DNA of 64,000 nucleotides, taken from the NCBI GenBank assembly GCA_035693145.1, contig DASSHA010000161.1, forward strand, positions 12,310-76,309, given 5' to 3'. The notes beneath the pieces were generated by a model. The model was given only the letters and a program-made list of their open reading frames with translations, did not search any database and was not told the DNA's origin. This DNA comes from Candidatus Limnocylindrales bacterium. GTDB lineage: Bacteria; Chloroflexota; Limnocylindria; Limnocylindrales; CSP1-4. Numbering within the stretch: the stretch's first letter is position 1; each line of letters begins with the position of its first letter. This document shows, piece after piece, positions 56,094 through 64,000 of this stretch. The translations under genes and the position numbers were made by a program.

Positions 56094-56582
56094 CTAGAAC
56101 GCGGGCTTCACCACCATCAGGAACACGATCACGAGGATCATGATCCCGAGGAACATTCCGCCGCGCTGGACCCGCTGGACGGCTTCGGGGACGCCGGGTG
56201 GCGGGCCGGCCGGAGCGCCGGGCGGCGGCCCGCCGGCGGGCATCGTCGTCAGCTCGATGACGCGCTTGACCGAATTCGTTTGAACGGCCATCGCAAACGC
56301 GAGCGCGATGACATAGAGGATGATCCCAAGCAGCAGCCAGTGCGATTCGATCAGGTTGAAGCCGGCGAACCAGATGAGCCCGATCCCGGTCACGGCCTGG
56401 AAGAGCGCCAGCGGGACGATGATCCGCTCCTCGATCTGGAGCGTCACGCGCGTCGCGAAGTTCGCGTGCATCGGTTCCTTGCCGCCCATCGCACCAATGA
56501 TCGGCATCGCGAACGACGGGCCGAAGGCGATGATCGCCCCGGCCACGTGCAGGAACAGCAGGATCGCAACGATCGGACTCAT
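56094..56582 (-). CDS. small integral membrane protein (DUF2269-like, 4 TM)
   Basis: Begins MSPIVAILLFLHVAGAIIAFGPSF. GGAGGG lies 5 nt upstream of ATG 56582. The upstream part of the listed ORF is junk. Confidence 0.75.
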   Translation of the reverse strand: MSPIVAILLFLHVAGAIIAFGPSFAMPIIGAMGGKEPMHANFATRVTLQIEERIIVPLALFQAVTGIGLIWFAGFNLIESHWLLLGIILYVIALAFAMAVQTNSVKRVIELTTMPAGGPPPGAPAGPPPGVPEAVQRVQRGGMFLGIMILVIVFLMVVKPAF

Positions 56583-56680
56583 GGAACCCTCCGGTCGCCG
56601 GACCCTCTGACCGGCTCCGCCGGAATCTAACGGACCGCGTGGCCGCCCGTCAGGTGGCTGCCTCGTGACAAGGGGCTGCC

Positions 56681-57196
56681 TCAGACATACCGAGCCGTCG
56701 CCATCATGACCACGGCCACACCGAGCAGGAGCAGGTCGGCCTTGCCGAACAGCTCGAGCCGGGCGCGAAGGGCGTCGACCGCCTCGCGCTGCGTCCCGGT
56801 CGCGACGCCGCCCGAGGCCGCGATCTCCATGCCGATCGCCTCGAGCTTCTGCGTCGTCGGGCCGACCATCGTCCCGCCCCACACGAGCGACACGATGGCG
56901 GCACTCGCCCCGATCGTGAACCCGATCCCGGTCGGCGATGTGATCCAGCCGAGCTGGAGTCCGCTCGAGGCGCGCAGGTAGAGCAGCGCACCCGCGACGA
57001 CGGTCGTGAGCGCGATCAGCTCGAAGTACTTCGCGCCGCGGCCGACGGTCATGAGCCGCGAGAAGAACTCCTCGCCCTCCGCGCCGGACAGTTTCGCGGT
57101 CCGCGACACGATGAGGATCATGAGGAACGCGCCACCGACCCACGACGCGCCGGCGACGACGTGCGCGAGCCGAAGAACGATGAGGCCGAGGTCCAT
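56681..57196 (-). CDS. small integral membrane protein (4 TM), hypothetical
   Basis: Begins MDLGLIVLRLAHVVAGASWVGGAFLMILIV. Its topology resembles that of the downstream neighbour. Confidence 0.7.
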   Translation of the reverse strand: MDLGLIVLRLAHVVAGASWVGGAFLMILIVSRTAKLSGAEGEEFFSRLMTVGRGAKYFELIALTTVVAGALLYLRASSGLQLGWITSPTGIGFTIGASAAIVSLVWGGTMVGPTTQKLEAIGMEIAASGGVATGTQREAVDALRARLELFGKADLLLLGVAVVMMATARYV

Positions 57197-57349
57197 GGTT
57201 CGAATCTCCCGCGCTGATGGGCGAAACCCCGATGGACCGAACGATCGCCCGGCTGACGGCCGCGCACTACCGCTGAACGACCGAACCCGACCTCGACGGA
57301 TGACGACGTCTGGACCGGGCCAGTCCGCCGAGCGCGCTGGCGCCGGCGG

Positions 57350-59503
57350 TCAGCCGACCCGCTTCGTCCGGCGGCTCACGAAGTCGACGAGGACGTACTC
57401 CCCCAGCCGCTCCGGCGTCGCGTAGAAGGCGCGGCCGCGGTTGAGCCGCGTGACGAGCGCAACGAACTCGGCCAGCGAGCGCGACCGCTCCAGCATGAAC
57501 GTGTTGATCGTGATGCCGTCCTTCGTGCAGCGGACGACCTCACGGAGGGTTTCCTGGATCGTTCGGCGCGTGGGCGGGTAGCTGAACTCGACCTGGCCGT
57601 CCTCGAAATGGGCCGTCGGCTCGCCGTCGGTGATGACGACGATCTCCTTGTTCCCGCCATGCGTTCGGGCCAGGAAGCGCCGGGCGAGCATGAGCCCGTG
57701 CTGGAGATTCGTGCCGTACTCGTAGCCGTGCCATGAGAGCTCTGCGAGGCTGTCCGGGCGGATCTCACGGGCGTAGTAGGCGAAGCCGATGACGGCGAGG
57801 TCGTCGCGGGGAAACTCGGTCCGGATGAGCGTGCTGAGCGCAACGGCGACCTTCTTGGCGGCGACGAAGCAGCCGCGCAGGAGCATCGAGCGGCTCATGT
57901 CGACGAGCAGGACCGTCGAGCTCTTCGTCAGCTCCTCGGTCCGGTAGACGGCGAAGTCGTCCGGCGACAGCCGAAGCCCCGGCCCGGCCCGCCGGCCCGG
58001 TGCGTTCTCCTCGCGGGCCATCGCGTTCGCGAGGGTCGCCCGCAGGTCGAGGTGAAACGCATCGCCGAACTCGTACGGCTTTGATGTCTCCTCGCGCTCC
58101 CCTCCCCGTCCTGAACGGTCAACCCGGTGGCCGCCGAACGCGTCGCGACGAAGCTTCGCGAACAGGTCGTCGAGGACCTTCTGGCCGATCCGCCTGGTGC
58201 CTCGCGCAGTCAGCTCGAGCCGGTCGCCGTCACGGGTCAGGTATCCGGCTTCCTCGAGCCGGCGCGCGAGGTCGTTGAGCGCGTCCAGGTCACGGGCAGA
58301 TTCGGGGCCCAGCAGCTCACGGACCTCGTTGCGGTCGAGGTCGGCGAGGTCGCCCAGCGATTCGACCCCACCCAGGGACGCCTCGAGGCCGTCCAGCCGC
58401 TGGAGCGCGTCGAGCTGCTGCAGTGCACTCTCGAGCCCGAGCGGCTCGTCGCCCGAGAACCGGACCCGTTCGCCGAGCCCGCCGGGCACCAGCTGGTCGA
58501 GCGTCGCGGCGAGCTGGGCGAGATCCCAGCGCAGCCGATCGTCACGGAGGAGCGAATCCATCATCGATTGGAGCTCCGCTCGCTGCTCCGGGGTCATCGA
58601 TCGCAGCAGCGACTGCATCGAGGCCATCCGGTCGGCGAGCCGCTCGATCACGTCGTCGAGCGACTGGGCGCCCGGGAAGTACCGCCCGAATCGCGACAGG
58701 AAGGACGATGCATCGGGATCGCCGCCGGCCAACCGTTCCTGGAGGAGCTGGTTGAGCTCGCGGACCATCTCCCGGCTTTGGGCAAGGTCCTCGGGCTGCA
58801 TCCCCTTGATCGCGTCGGCCATGCCCTGGACATAGCGATCGAGGACCGTCTTGCGCAGCCGCTCGACGAGCTCCTCGAACCGCTCGCGTGCCGCCGGCTC
58901 GAGGAAGTCGTAGTCCTCGAGGCCGCGAATGCGGGCTCCGACGTCCCGCGGCAACGATTCGAGCTGGTCGAGTCGCTTCGCGGCGGCGTCGCGAAGCATT
59001 CTGCGGAGGGCGGCATCATCGAGGGGCTGGGGTTCGGTTCTCGGCGGAGTGTCACCGGCACGGCCGTCAGGCGCCTCGGATGCCGGCCGCGCGGCCTCGT
59101 CGAGACGGCGCTCGATGCCGGCTCGCTCGCTCGACACGATCTCGTCGAGCTCCCGCCGGACATCGGCGAAGACGTCGCCCAGCTTGTGCCGCTCGGTGAC
59201 GTCGCGGCGCGCCCCTCGGAGCCGCTCGAGCAGGTCGTGCAGACCCGGCAGGTCCGGCCGGGTCGTGTCGTTCGAACGCCAGCCGCGTTCGGCCAGCCGA
59301 CGCAGTGCCTCCCCTACGTCGCCCTCGGCCATGACGTCGTCGGCGAGCGCGTCGATGATCTCGTCCGCGTCGAGATCCGGAAGCTGCTGGCTGCCGTCCC
59401 AGCGCGAGTAGCGAGCGCGCCGGAGAAGCTCGTCGGTCGGCCGCGGGTCCGGCCGCAGCACATCGCGGAGGTCGCGCCGGTTGGGCGTGAAGAAGCCGGT
59501 CAT
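57350..59503 (-). CDS. VWA domain protein with a long acidic/coiled-coil N-terminal region (CoxE/ChlD-like)
   Basis: C-terminal VWA domain with MIDAS-like VLLVDMSRSM and VVITDGEPT. It begins 16 nt downstream of the AAA+ gene. Confidence 0.85.
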   Translation of the reverse strand: MTGFFTPNRRDLRDVLRPDPRPTDELLRRARYSRWDGSQQLPDLDADEIIDALADDVMAEGDVGEALRRLAERGWRSNDTTRPDLPGLHDLLERLRGARRDVTERHKLGDVFADVRRELDEIVSSERAGIERRLDEAARPASEAPDGRAGDTPPRTEPQPLDDAALRRMLRDAAAKRLDQLESLPRDVGARIRGLEDYDFLEPAARERFEELVERLRKTVLDRYVQGMADAIKGMQPEDLAQSREMVRELNQLLQERLAGGDPDASSFLSRFGRYFPGAQSLDDVIERLADRMASMQSLLRSMTPEQRAELQSMMDSLLRDDRLRWDLAQLAATLDQLVPGGLGERVRFSGDEPLGLESALQQLDALQRLDGLEASLGGVESLGDLADLDRNEVRELLGPESARDLDALNDLARRLEEAGYLTRDGDRLELTARGTRRIGQKVLDDLFAKLRRDAFGGHRVDRSGRGGEREETSKPYEFGDAFHLDLRATLANAMAREENAPGRRAGPGLRLSPDDFAVYRTEELTKSSTVLLVDMSRSMLLRGCFVAAKKVAVALSTLIRTEFPRDDLAVIGFAYYAREIRPDSLAELSWHGYEYGTNLQHGLMLARRFLARTHGGNKEIVVITDGEPTAHFEDGQVEFSYPPTRRTIQETLREVVRCTKDGITINTFMLERSRSLAEFVALVTRLNRGRAFYATPERLGEYVLVDFVSRRTKRVG

Positions 59504-59519
59504 CGCTCCGCGCGCGCGC

Positions 59520-60989
59520 TCATCGTCGGTAGACGACGGTCCCCGCCGTTCGGTCCTTGTTCACGCGGCGCTGGAGGTGCAGCCCCTCGAGGAGGAACTC
59601 GAGGGCGGAGGCGACGAGCGGCGGTTCGGCCGCCGCATCCGCCCCGTTGAGCACGCCGAGGCGACGAATCGCGTCGCCGAGCCCCGGGATCTCGGCCATC
59701 CAGCGAACGTATTCGCGCGATGCGACGCGGTCGCCGGTCTCGACGACGAGGCCGTCGTCGAACGCGCTCACGACCTCGTCGAGCTCGTCGAGCGAGGCAT
59801 GCCGGTTCCAGGTCGCGTAGACGGCTTTCGTGATGAGTCGCTCGACGACCCGTTCCTCGGGCGTGTCGTCACCAACCGTCTCGAGCTCGATCTTGCCGAC
59901 GGTCGACGCGACCACGGCACCGAGGTCCGAGATCCGCGGGACGCCGACCTCCTCGCCAAGCCGGACGGCTCGCTTGAGTGCCGCCGCCTCGAGCACCTCG
60001 GCGTTGGCGACGCTCACCCGGACGGAGACACCGCTCCGCTGGCTGATCTCGGGAGCACGACGCGCCAGCTGCGTGATCTCGGCGACGAGCTCGTCGACGA
60101 AGCGTGGCGTGATCAGCCGGGGTGTCCGCTCGTCCGCCGCGAACGTCAGCTTCTCCTGGTGGACGATGGCGATCTCGTCGTCGATCGTGCGCGGATAGTG
60201 CGTCCGGATCTGCGATCCGAGGCGGTCCTTGAGCGGCGTGATGATCCGACCGCGACTCGTGTAGTCCTCCGGGTTCGCCGACGCGACGACGAACAGGTCG
60301 AGTGGGAGGCGGACGTGGAAGCCGCGGATCTGGACGTCGCGCTCCTCGAGGATGTTCAGCAGGCCGACCTGGATGCGCTCGGCCAGATCCGGCAGCTCGT
60401 TGATCGCGAAGATCCCGCGATTCGAATGCGGGATGAGCCCGTAGTGGAGCGTTCGCTCGTCGGACAGGTAGCGGCCCTCGGCGACCTTCACCGGGTCGAC
60501 CTCGCCGATGAGGTCGGCGATCGTGATGTCCGGCGTCGCGAGCTTCTCGCCGTAGCGGCGGGAGCGATGGAGCCATGCGATCGGGGTGGCCTCGCCCTTG
60601 GCGTCGACGAGCGCGCGAGCGACGGCGCTCACGGGCTCGTACGGATCGTCGTTCAGCTCCCCGTCCTCCACGACCGGCAGCCACTCGTCGAGCAGGCCGA
60701 CGAGGAGGCGCGCCATCCGGGTCTTTGCCTGGCCGCGCTCGCCGAGGAACACGAGATCCTGGCCGGCGAGGATCGCATTCTCGACCGCGGGCAGGACGGT
60801 GTCCTCGTAGCCGATGACCCCCGGGAAGACGGGCCGGCCCTCGCCCAGCCGGCCGAGCAGGTTCGAGCGCAGCTCCTCCTTCACCGTGCGGCTGCGCCAG
60901 CCCAGCGAACGGAGCTCGCGGATCGTGCGCGGGACGTCGGGCGGCGGGGCGTCCGGCGACGAGAAGGCGGCGGGAACGCTGGGATCCAC
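59520..60989 (-). CDS. AAA+ ATPase of the MoxR / Mg-chelatase subunit I type
   Basis: Walker A-like FLGERGQAKT, Walker B-like GIFAINELPDL, and VASANPEDY. GTG 60989 is preceded by GGAG. The listed ORF extends to 61274 across the opposite-strand SDR start. Confidence 0.8.
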   Translation of the reverse strand: MDPSVPAAFSSPDAPPPDVPRTIRELRSLGWRSRTVKEELRSNLLGRLGEGRPVFPGVIGYEDTVLPAVENAILAGQDLVFLGERGQAKTRMARLLVGLLDEWLPVVEDGELNDDPYEPVSAVARALVDAKGEATPIAWLHRSRRYGEKLATPDITIADLIGEVDPVKVAEGRYLSDERTLHYGLIPHSNRGIFAINELPDLAERIQVGLLNILEERDVQIRGFHVRLPLDLFVVASANPEDYTSRGRIITPLKDRLGSQIRTHYPRTIDDEIAIVHQEKLTFAADERTPRLITPRFVDELVAEITQLARRAPEISQRSGVSVRVSVANAEVLEAAALKRAVRLGEEVGVPRISDLGAVVASTVGKIELETVGDDTPEERVVERLITKAVYATWNRHASLDELDEVVSAFDDGLVVETGDRVASREYVRWMAEIPGLGDAIRRLGVLNGADAAAEPPLVASALEFLLEGLHLQRRVNKDRTAGTVVYRR

Positions 60990-61179
60990 GGACGGGGCTC
61001 CGGGCTGACGGTGGACGTGAGGCAGAGCCCGGACGAGCGACGCCGGCCGGGAGGCGAGGCTACGCCCGGCCCCTGGGAGCGTCAAACACGGCTGGCGACC
61101 GCGCGTGAGGCGGGCTTCGGCTCGAATCGGGGTGCCGTCGCATACTCCGCCGAACTGGCGACGCACCCTGGAGGCGAGC

Positions 61180-61893
61180 GTGAACCCACCGGAGCGGACC
61201 GTTCTCGTGACCGGAGCGACGGGCGGCCTCGGCCGAGTCGCCGTCCGGCAGCTGGCCGCTGGCGGGGCACGCATCGGGATCGTCAGCTCAAATCGCGAAC
61301 GGCTCGACGCGCTCGCGCGCGAGGCCTCGCTCGCGCCCGACCGGTCGCAGATCGCCGTCGCCGATTTGGGCGACCCGGACCAGGCGCGGTCGGCAGTGCG
61401 GGCGATCGAGCACAGCCTCGGTGGCGTCGACGTTGCGATCCACCTCGTCGGCGGCTATCGGAGCGGGACGCCTGTGGTCGACCTCACCGACACCGACGTC
61501 ACCGAGATGCTCGAGCATCACCTCTGGACGACGCTCCACGTCGCCCGCGCCGTCGTACCCGGGATGGTCGAGCGCGGCTTCGGGCGGATGATCGCGGTCT
61601 CCATTCCCAACGCCGGAACGCCCGGCGCGAACATGGGTGCCTACGCCGTCGGCAAGGCCGCCCAGGAATCGCTCCTGCTCGCGCTCTCCCGCGAGGTCGC
61701 CGGCTCGGGCGTCACCGTGAACGTGCTGCAGGTCCGGGCGATCGACGTTGCGCACGAACGCGATCGCGAGCGGACGAACCGGAACGCATCGTGGACGACG
61801 CCGGAGGAGATCGTCGCTGCGATCGCGTTCCTCGCATCGGACGCCGCGCGTTCGATCAACGGGGCGCGGATCCCGCTCTACGGCGCGGGCTGA
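61180..61893 (+). CDS. short-chain dehydrogenase/reductase (SDR)
   Basis: Carries TVLVTGATGGLGRVAV and YAVGKAAQ. GTG 61180 is preceded by GGAGG at a 6-nt spacing. Confidence 0.85.
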   Translation: MNPPERTVLVTGATGGLGRVAVRQLAAGGARIGIVSSNRERLDALAREASLAPDRSQIAVADLGDPDQARSAVRAIEHSLGGVDVAIHLVGGYRSGTPVVDLTDTDVTEMLEHHLWTTLHVARAVVPGMVERGFGRMIAVSIPNAGTPGANMGAYAVGKAAQESLLLALSREVAGSGVTVNVLQVRAIDVAHERDRERTNRNASWTTPEEIVAAIAFLASDAARSINGARIPLYGAG

Positions 61894-61900
61894 GGTCGGA

Positions 61901-62845
61901 TCATGCGCGAGCCGGCGGCCGCCCGAGATAGCTGCTGATCGCGGCGCCGACCTCGTCCTCGCCGAGGACCCCGCCGGCGACGAGCGCCTCGAGCCACTCC
62001 GTCCGGCGGTCAACCTCGAGCTCGAGATCTCCCGGCCGCCGGCCGATGCGTGCGGCGAGCTCCGGCAGCACGCCCCACGAGAAGTCCTCGAACGTGTCAA
62101 CGACGGGGTCCCAGGTGGACAGCACGGCCGGCGGCAGCCGCTGGACGTGGCCCTCGGCGTCGCGGGCCAGCGGACGGACGAAGTGCGCGGCGACGACCCG
62201 CCGCCGGCCGCGTTCGTCGAGCCGCCCGTCGACCGCCCGAAGGACGAGCACGAGCCCGATCGCCGACAGCTCGTCCGGCGTCGCTCCGACGCCCGGTCCG
62301 CCGAGCTCGTCGAGCACCTCGCCGAGCGAATCGGCGTGAATCGTCGCGCCGAGGCCATAGCCCATCGATGCCAGCCTGATCGCCGTCCGCGCGATGCTGC
62401 CCCAGGAATACCCAGGCAGGTGCATCGAGAACTCGGGCACGACGACGACGCCCTCGCTCACTTCGAGCGGTCGAGCGTCCGGCTTCGCCCGCTCGGTGGC
62501 GCCGAAGGCGACGACACCGAGCTCGGCGCGCACCGCTGCGGGCAGCCAGCCCCAGGTTTCCCAGGCGCCGGCGACAGTCGCGATCTGCGCCGCCGGTGGA
62601 AGGAATGCGAGGAGCGCCCGGAGGAGCACGGTCTTGCCCGTTCCGCTGGGTCCCGCCGCGACGACGAGCGGGACGCGAGCCCCCACGAGCAGCCACGCGA
62701 GCGACGCCAGCCGAGCGTCGAGGACGCCATCGGCAATGAGCCGGACGATCGAACGGCGATCCCGCTCGGGACCGAGGTCGAGGCGCGTCACGTCCACCGG
62801 CCGAGGATATCGAGCGGTCGACTCGACCCGACCGTCGGCCGGCAC
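61901..62845 (-). CDS. orphan P-loop ATPase resembling the type II/IV secretion (VirB11/CpaF, T2SSE) family
   Basis: Walker A AAGPSGTGKTVLL, Walker B-like VVVVPEF and His-box-like GLGATIHADS. GTG 62845 is one possible start and GTG at about 62797 is another. Confidence 0.6.
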   Translation of the reverse strand: MPADGRVESTARYPRPVDVTRLDLGPERDRRSIVRLIADGVLDARLASLAWLLVGARVPLVVAAGPSGTGKTVLLRALLAFLPPAAQIATVAGAWETWGWLPAAVRAELGVVAFGATERAKPDARPLEVSEGVVVVPEFSMHLPGYSWGSIARTAIRLASMGYGLGATIHADSLGEVLDELGGPGVGATPDELSAIGLVLVLRAVDGRLDERGRRRVVAAHFVRPLARDAEGHVQRLPPAVLSTWDPVVDTFEDFSWGVLPELAARIGRRPGDLELEVDRRTEWLEALVAGGVLGEDEVGAAISSYLGRPPARA

Positions 62846-62876
62846 GTCGGAACGGCGGTCACGTCGGAACGGCGGT
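62843..62876. repeat. perfect 17-nt tandem duplication (CACGTCGGAACGGCGGT, two copies) abutting a -35 element
   Basis: Read directly: 62843-62859 and 62860-62876. The last T is the first base of TTGACA. Confidence 0.9.
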
Positions 62877-62905
62877 TGACAGGCCGGACGCGGCCCGCCT
62901 AGACT
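62876..62905 (+). promoter_or_regulatory. candidate sigma70-type promoter, TTGACA-N18-TAGACT
   Basis: -35 at 62876-62881 and -10 at 62900-62905. It lies about 55 nt upstream of the SD and ATG of the small ORF. Confidence 0.5.
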
Positions 62906-62964
62906 CCGCCCTCGGTGCGCGCCGAGGCGCCCCGAATGTCCAGCTCAAAGGAGGGCGACTCCGA

Positions 62965-63045
62965 ATGAGAACACCGTTCACCCTTCGCCGGACGCCGCCT
63001 GCCAAGGCCGGCGTTGGCGGGAGAGCTGTGCCCACTTCGAGCTAG
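62965..63045 (+). CDS. candidate 26-aa small ORF or leader peptide (MRTPFTLRRTPPAKAGVGGRAVPTSS)
   Basis: AAAGGAGGG lies 8-9 nt upstream of the ATG. The ORF sits between a near-consensus promoter and a terminator-like hairpin. Its codon usage is atypical for this genome (AGA twice, ACA, CTT, CCT, GTT, GCT, ACT), so a non-coding or regulatory role is equally possible. Confidence 0.35.
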   Translation: MRTPFTLRRTPPAKAGVGGRAVPTSS

Positions 63046-63072
63046 GACGCGGGCGGTAGGACCGCCCCTCCG

Positions 63073-63117
63073 GAAGCCACGAGCCGTGGGCCAGATCGGG
63101 CCCGCGGCTTCTTTGTT
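63073..63117 (+). terminator. intrinsic-terminator-like hairpin plus T-rich tract (GAAGCCACGAGCC...GGGCCCGCGGCTTC TTTGTT)
   Basis: 11 of 13 positions pair in the stem. TTTGTT follows at 63112-63117, which is unusual in a 70% GC background. It is flanked by two more GC hairpins (63051-63067 and 63118-63133). Confidence 0.45.
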
Positions 63118-63243
63118 GCCCCTCGCGAGGGGCGAACCCAGAGCCGCCGGCCCAACTCGTCGTCAGCGAACGACACCGGCCCGCGGCTCGTTCCATGCCG
63201 CGCCGGTGCCGCCTCCGACCGAAACCATACAGGAGCGACACCC

Positions 63244-64000
63244 GTGACCGCGACCCTCCATCCCGAACAGAAGACGACACGATCGGACGCGCCACCCGTG
63301 GTCCGGCCGGCCGCCCCAGGGCTGGACCTGAGCGCGGACCGACGAGTCGAACGGCACGCGGACGCGGTGCCGGCGCTGCTCGTCGAGCACGTGACCAAGC
63401 GCTTCCGGGTCGATCGGAAGAAGCCTCCGGTCACCGCGATCGACGACGTGAGCGTCCGCGTCGAGCGTGGCGAGATCCTCGGCGTCCTCGGGGCGAACGG
63501 CTCCGGCAAGTCGACCCTCATCCGGCTCGTCAGCGGGCTGCTCACGCTCGACACGGGACGGGTCGAGGTCTTCGGCCTCGACCTCACGCGTGACGAGCTC
63601 GCCGTCAAGCGACTGATCAACCGCGTCTCCGTCGACGCCGCGTTCTTCAAGAAGCTCAGCCCGATGGAGAACCTGCTCTTCGCCGCACGCCTGTACGGGC
63701 TCGACGGGAAGCAGGCACGACGCGACGCCGTCGCGATCCTCGGCCGGCTGGGCATCGCCGAGAAGCGTGTCGGACGGCCGGTCGAGCAGATGAGCCGCGG
63801 GATGCAGCAGAAAGTCGCGATCGCGCGGGCACTGCTGACCAGCCCGTCGCTCCTCCTGCTCGACGAACCGACGACCGGGCTCGACCCGCGCAGCAAGCTC
63901 GACGTCCAGACCTTCGTCGAGGAGGTCCGCGACGAGCACGGGGCGTCGATCGTGCTCACGACGCACGACCTCGCCGAGGCGGAGCGGCTGTGCGATCGGA
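63244..64000 (+). CDS. ABC transporter ATP-binding protein (ABC-2 / DrrA-like exporter type), 3' end beyond the window
   Basis: Absent from the ORF track because it has no stop in the window. Walker A GANGSGKST, signature MSRGMQQKVAIARAL and Walker B LLLDEPTTGLD. GTG 63244 is preceded by AGGAG. A later GTG at about 63367 is possible. Confidence 0.85.
   Translation, partial: MTATLHPEQKTTRSDAPPVVRPAAPGLDLSADRRVERHADAVPALLVEHVTKRFRVDRKKPPVTAIDDVSVRVERGEILGVLGANGSGKSTLIRLVSGLLTLDTGRVEVFGLDLTRDELAVKRLINRVSVDAAFFKKLSPMENLLFAARLYGLDGKQARRDAVAILGRLGIAEKRVGRPVEQMSRGMQQKVAIARALLTSPSLLLLDEPTTGLDPRSKLDVQTFVEEVRDEHGASIVLTTHDLAEAERLCDR

Noticed and set aside
57190-57215. GGTTCGAATC T-loop-like motif, suggesting a tRNA.
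   Set aside because: The flanking bases cannot form a T stem or an acceptor stem. The motif overlaps the start codon region of the 56681..57196 gene.

Overview
The window is a chromosomal segment with high GC (about 70% by eye). I found no rRNA, CRISPR array, transposase or integrase. The gene content and order resemble an Actinomycetota-like, possibly Chloroflexota-like, organism: tRNA-Leu, tig, clpP, clpX, one co-directional qcrCAB-ctaCDF respiratory block with a dihaem QcrC, then valS, plus a sugar ABC operon that lacks its own ATPase. I support about 58 protein genes, 1 tRNA, several near-consensus sigma70-type promoters (TTGACA-N17/18-TAnnnT) and a few repeats.

Many ORFs in the supplied track are Arg/Pro/Asp-rich shadow ORFs antisense to, or out of frame with, real genes. 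Several real genes are shorter than the listed ORF, because the true start is an internal ATG or GTG that overlaps the upstream stop codon (ATGA, GTGA or TGATG). This pattern recurs across the window and suggests translational coupling.

Layout:
- 0.8-6.9 kb: GH13 alpha-glucosidase divergent from a sugar ABC operon, followed by an EEP-fold protein.
- 7-16 kb: valS and the bcc-aa3 genes.
- 16.8-20.5 kb: clpX, clpP, tig and tRNA-Leu.
- 20.6-26 kb: small membrane and hypothetical genes, cinA, a cNMP-binding protein and apbC.
- 26-31.8 kb: a polyamine-type ABC operon plus a class III aminotransferase.
- 32-53 kb: an accessory catabolic region. It holds three paralogous GntR/HutC regulators, two glycerophosphodiester phosphodiesterases, a split ABC importer, an MtnX-like HAD phosphatase and a tightly coupled operon: permease, aminotransferase, FGGY kinase, RuBisCO-like protein, TIM paralogue, RpiB.
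- 53-64 kb: an ECF sigma factor with a Kelch-type membrane partner, two small membrane proteins, an AAA+/VWA pair, an SDR, an orphan secretion-ATPase-like protein, a tiny promoter-sORF-terminator unit and a truncated ABC ATPase.

The most interesting candidate is the RuBisCO-like-protein operon at 42.8-50.6 kb. I cannot match its gene set to any described RLP pathway.

All product calls come from motif recognition by eye. No database search was possible. Start codons are inferred from SD-like sequences and stop/start overlaps.
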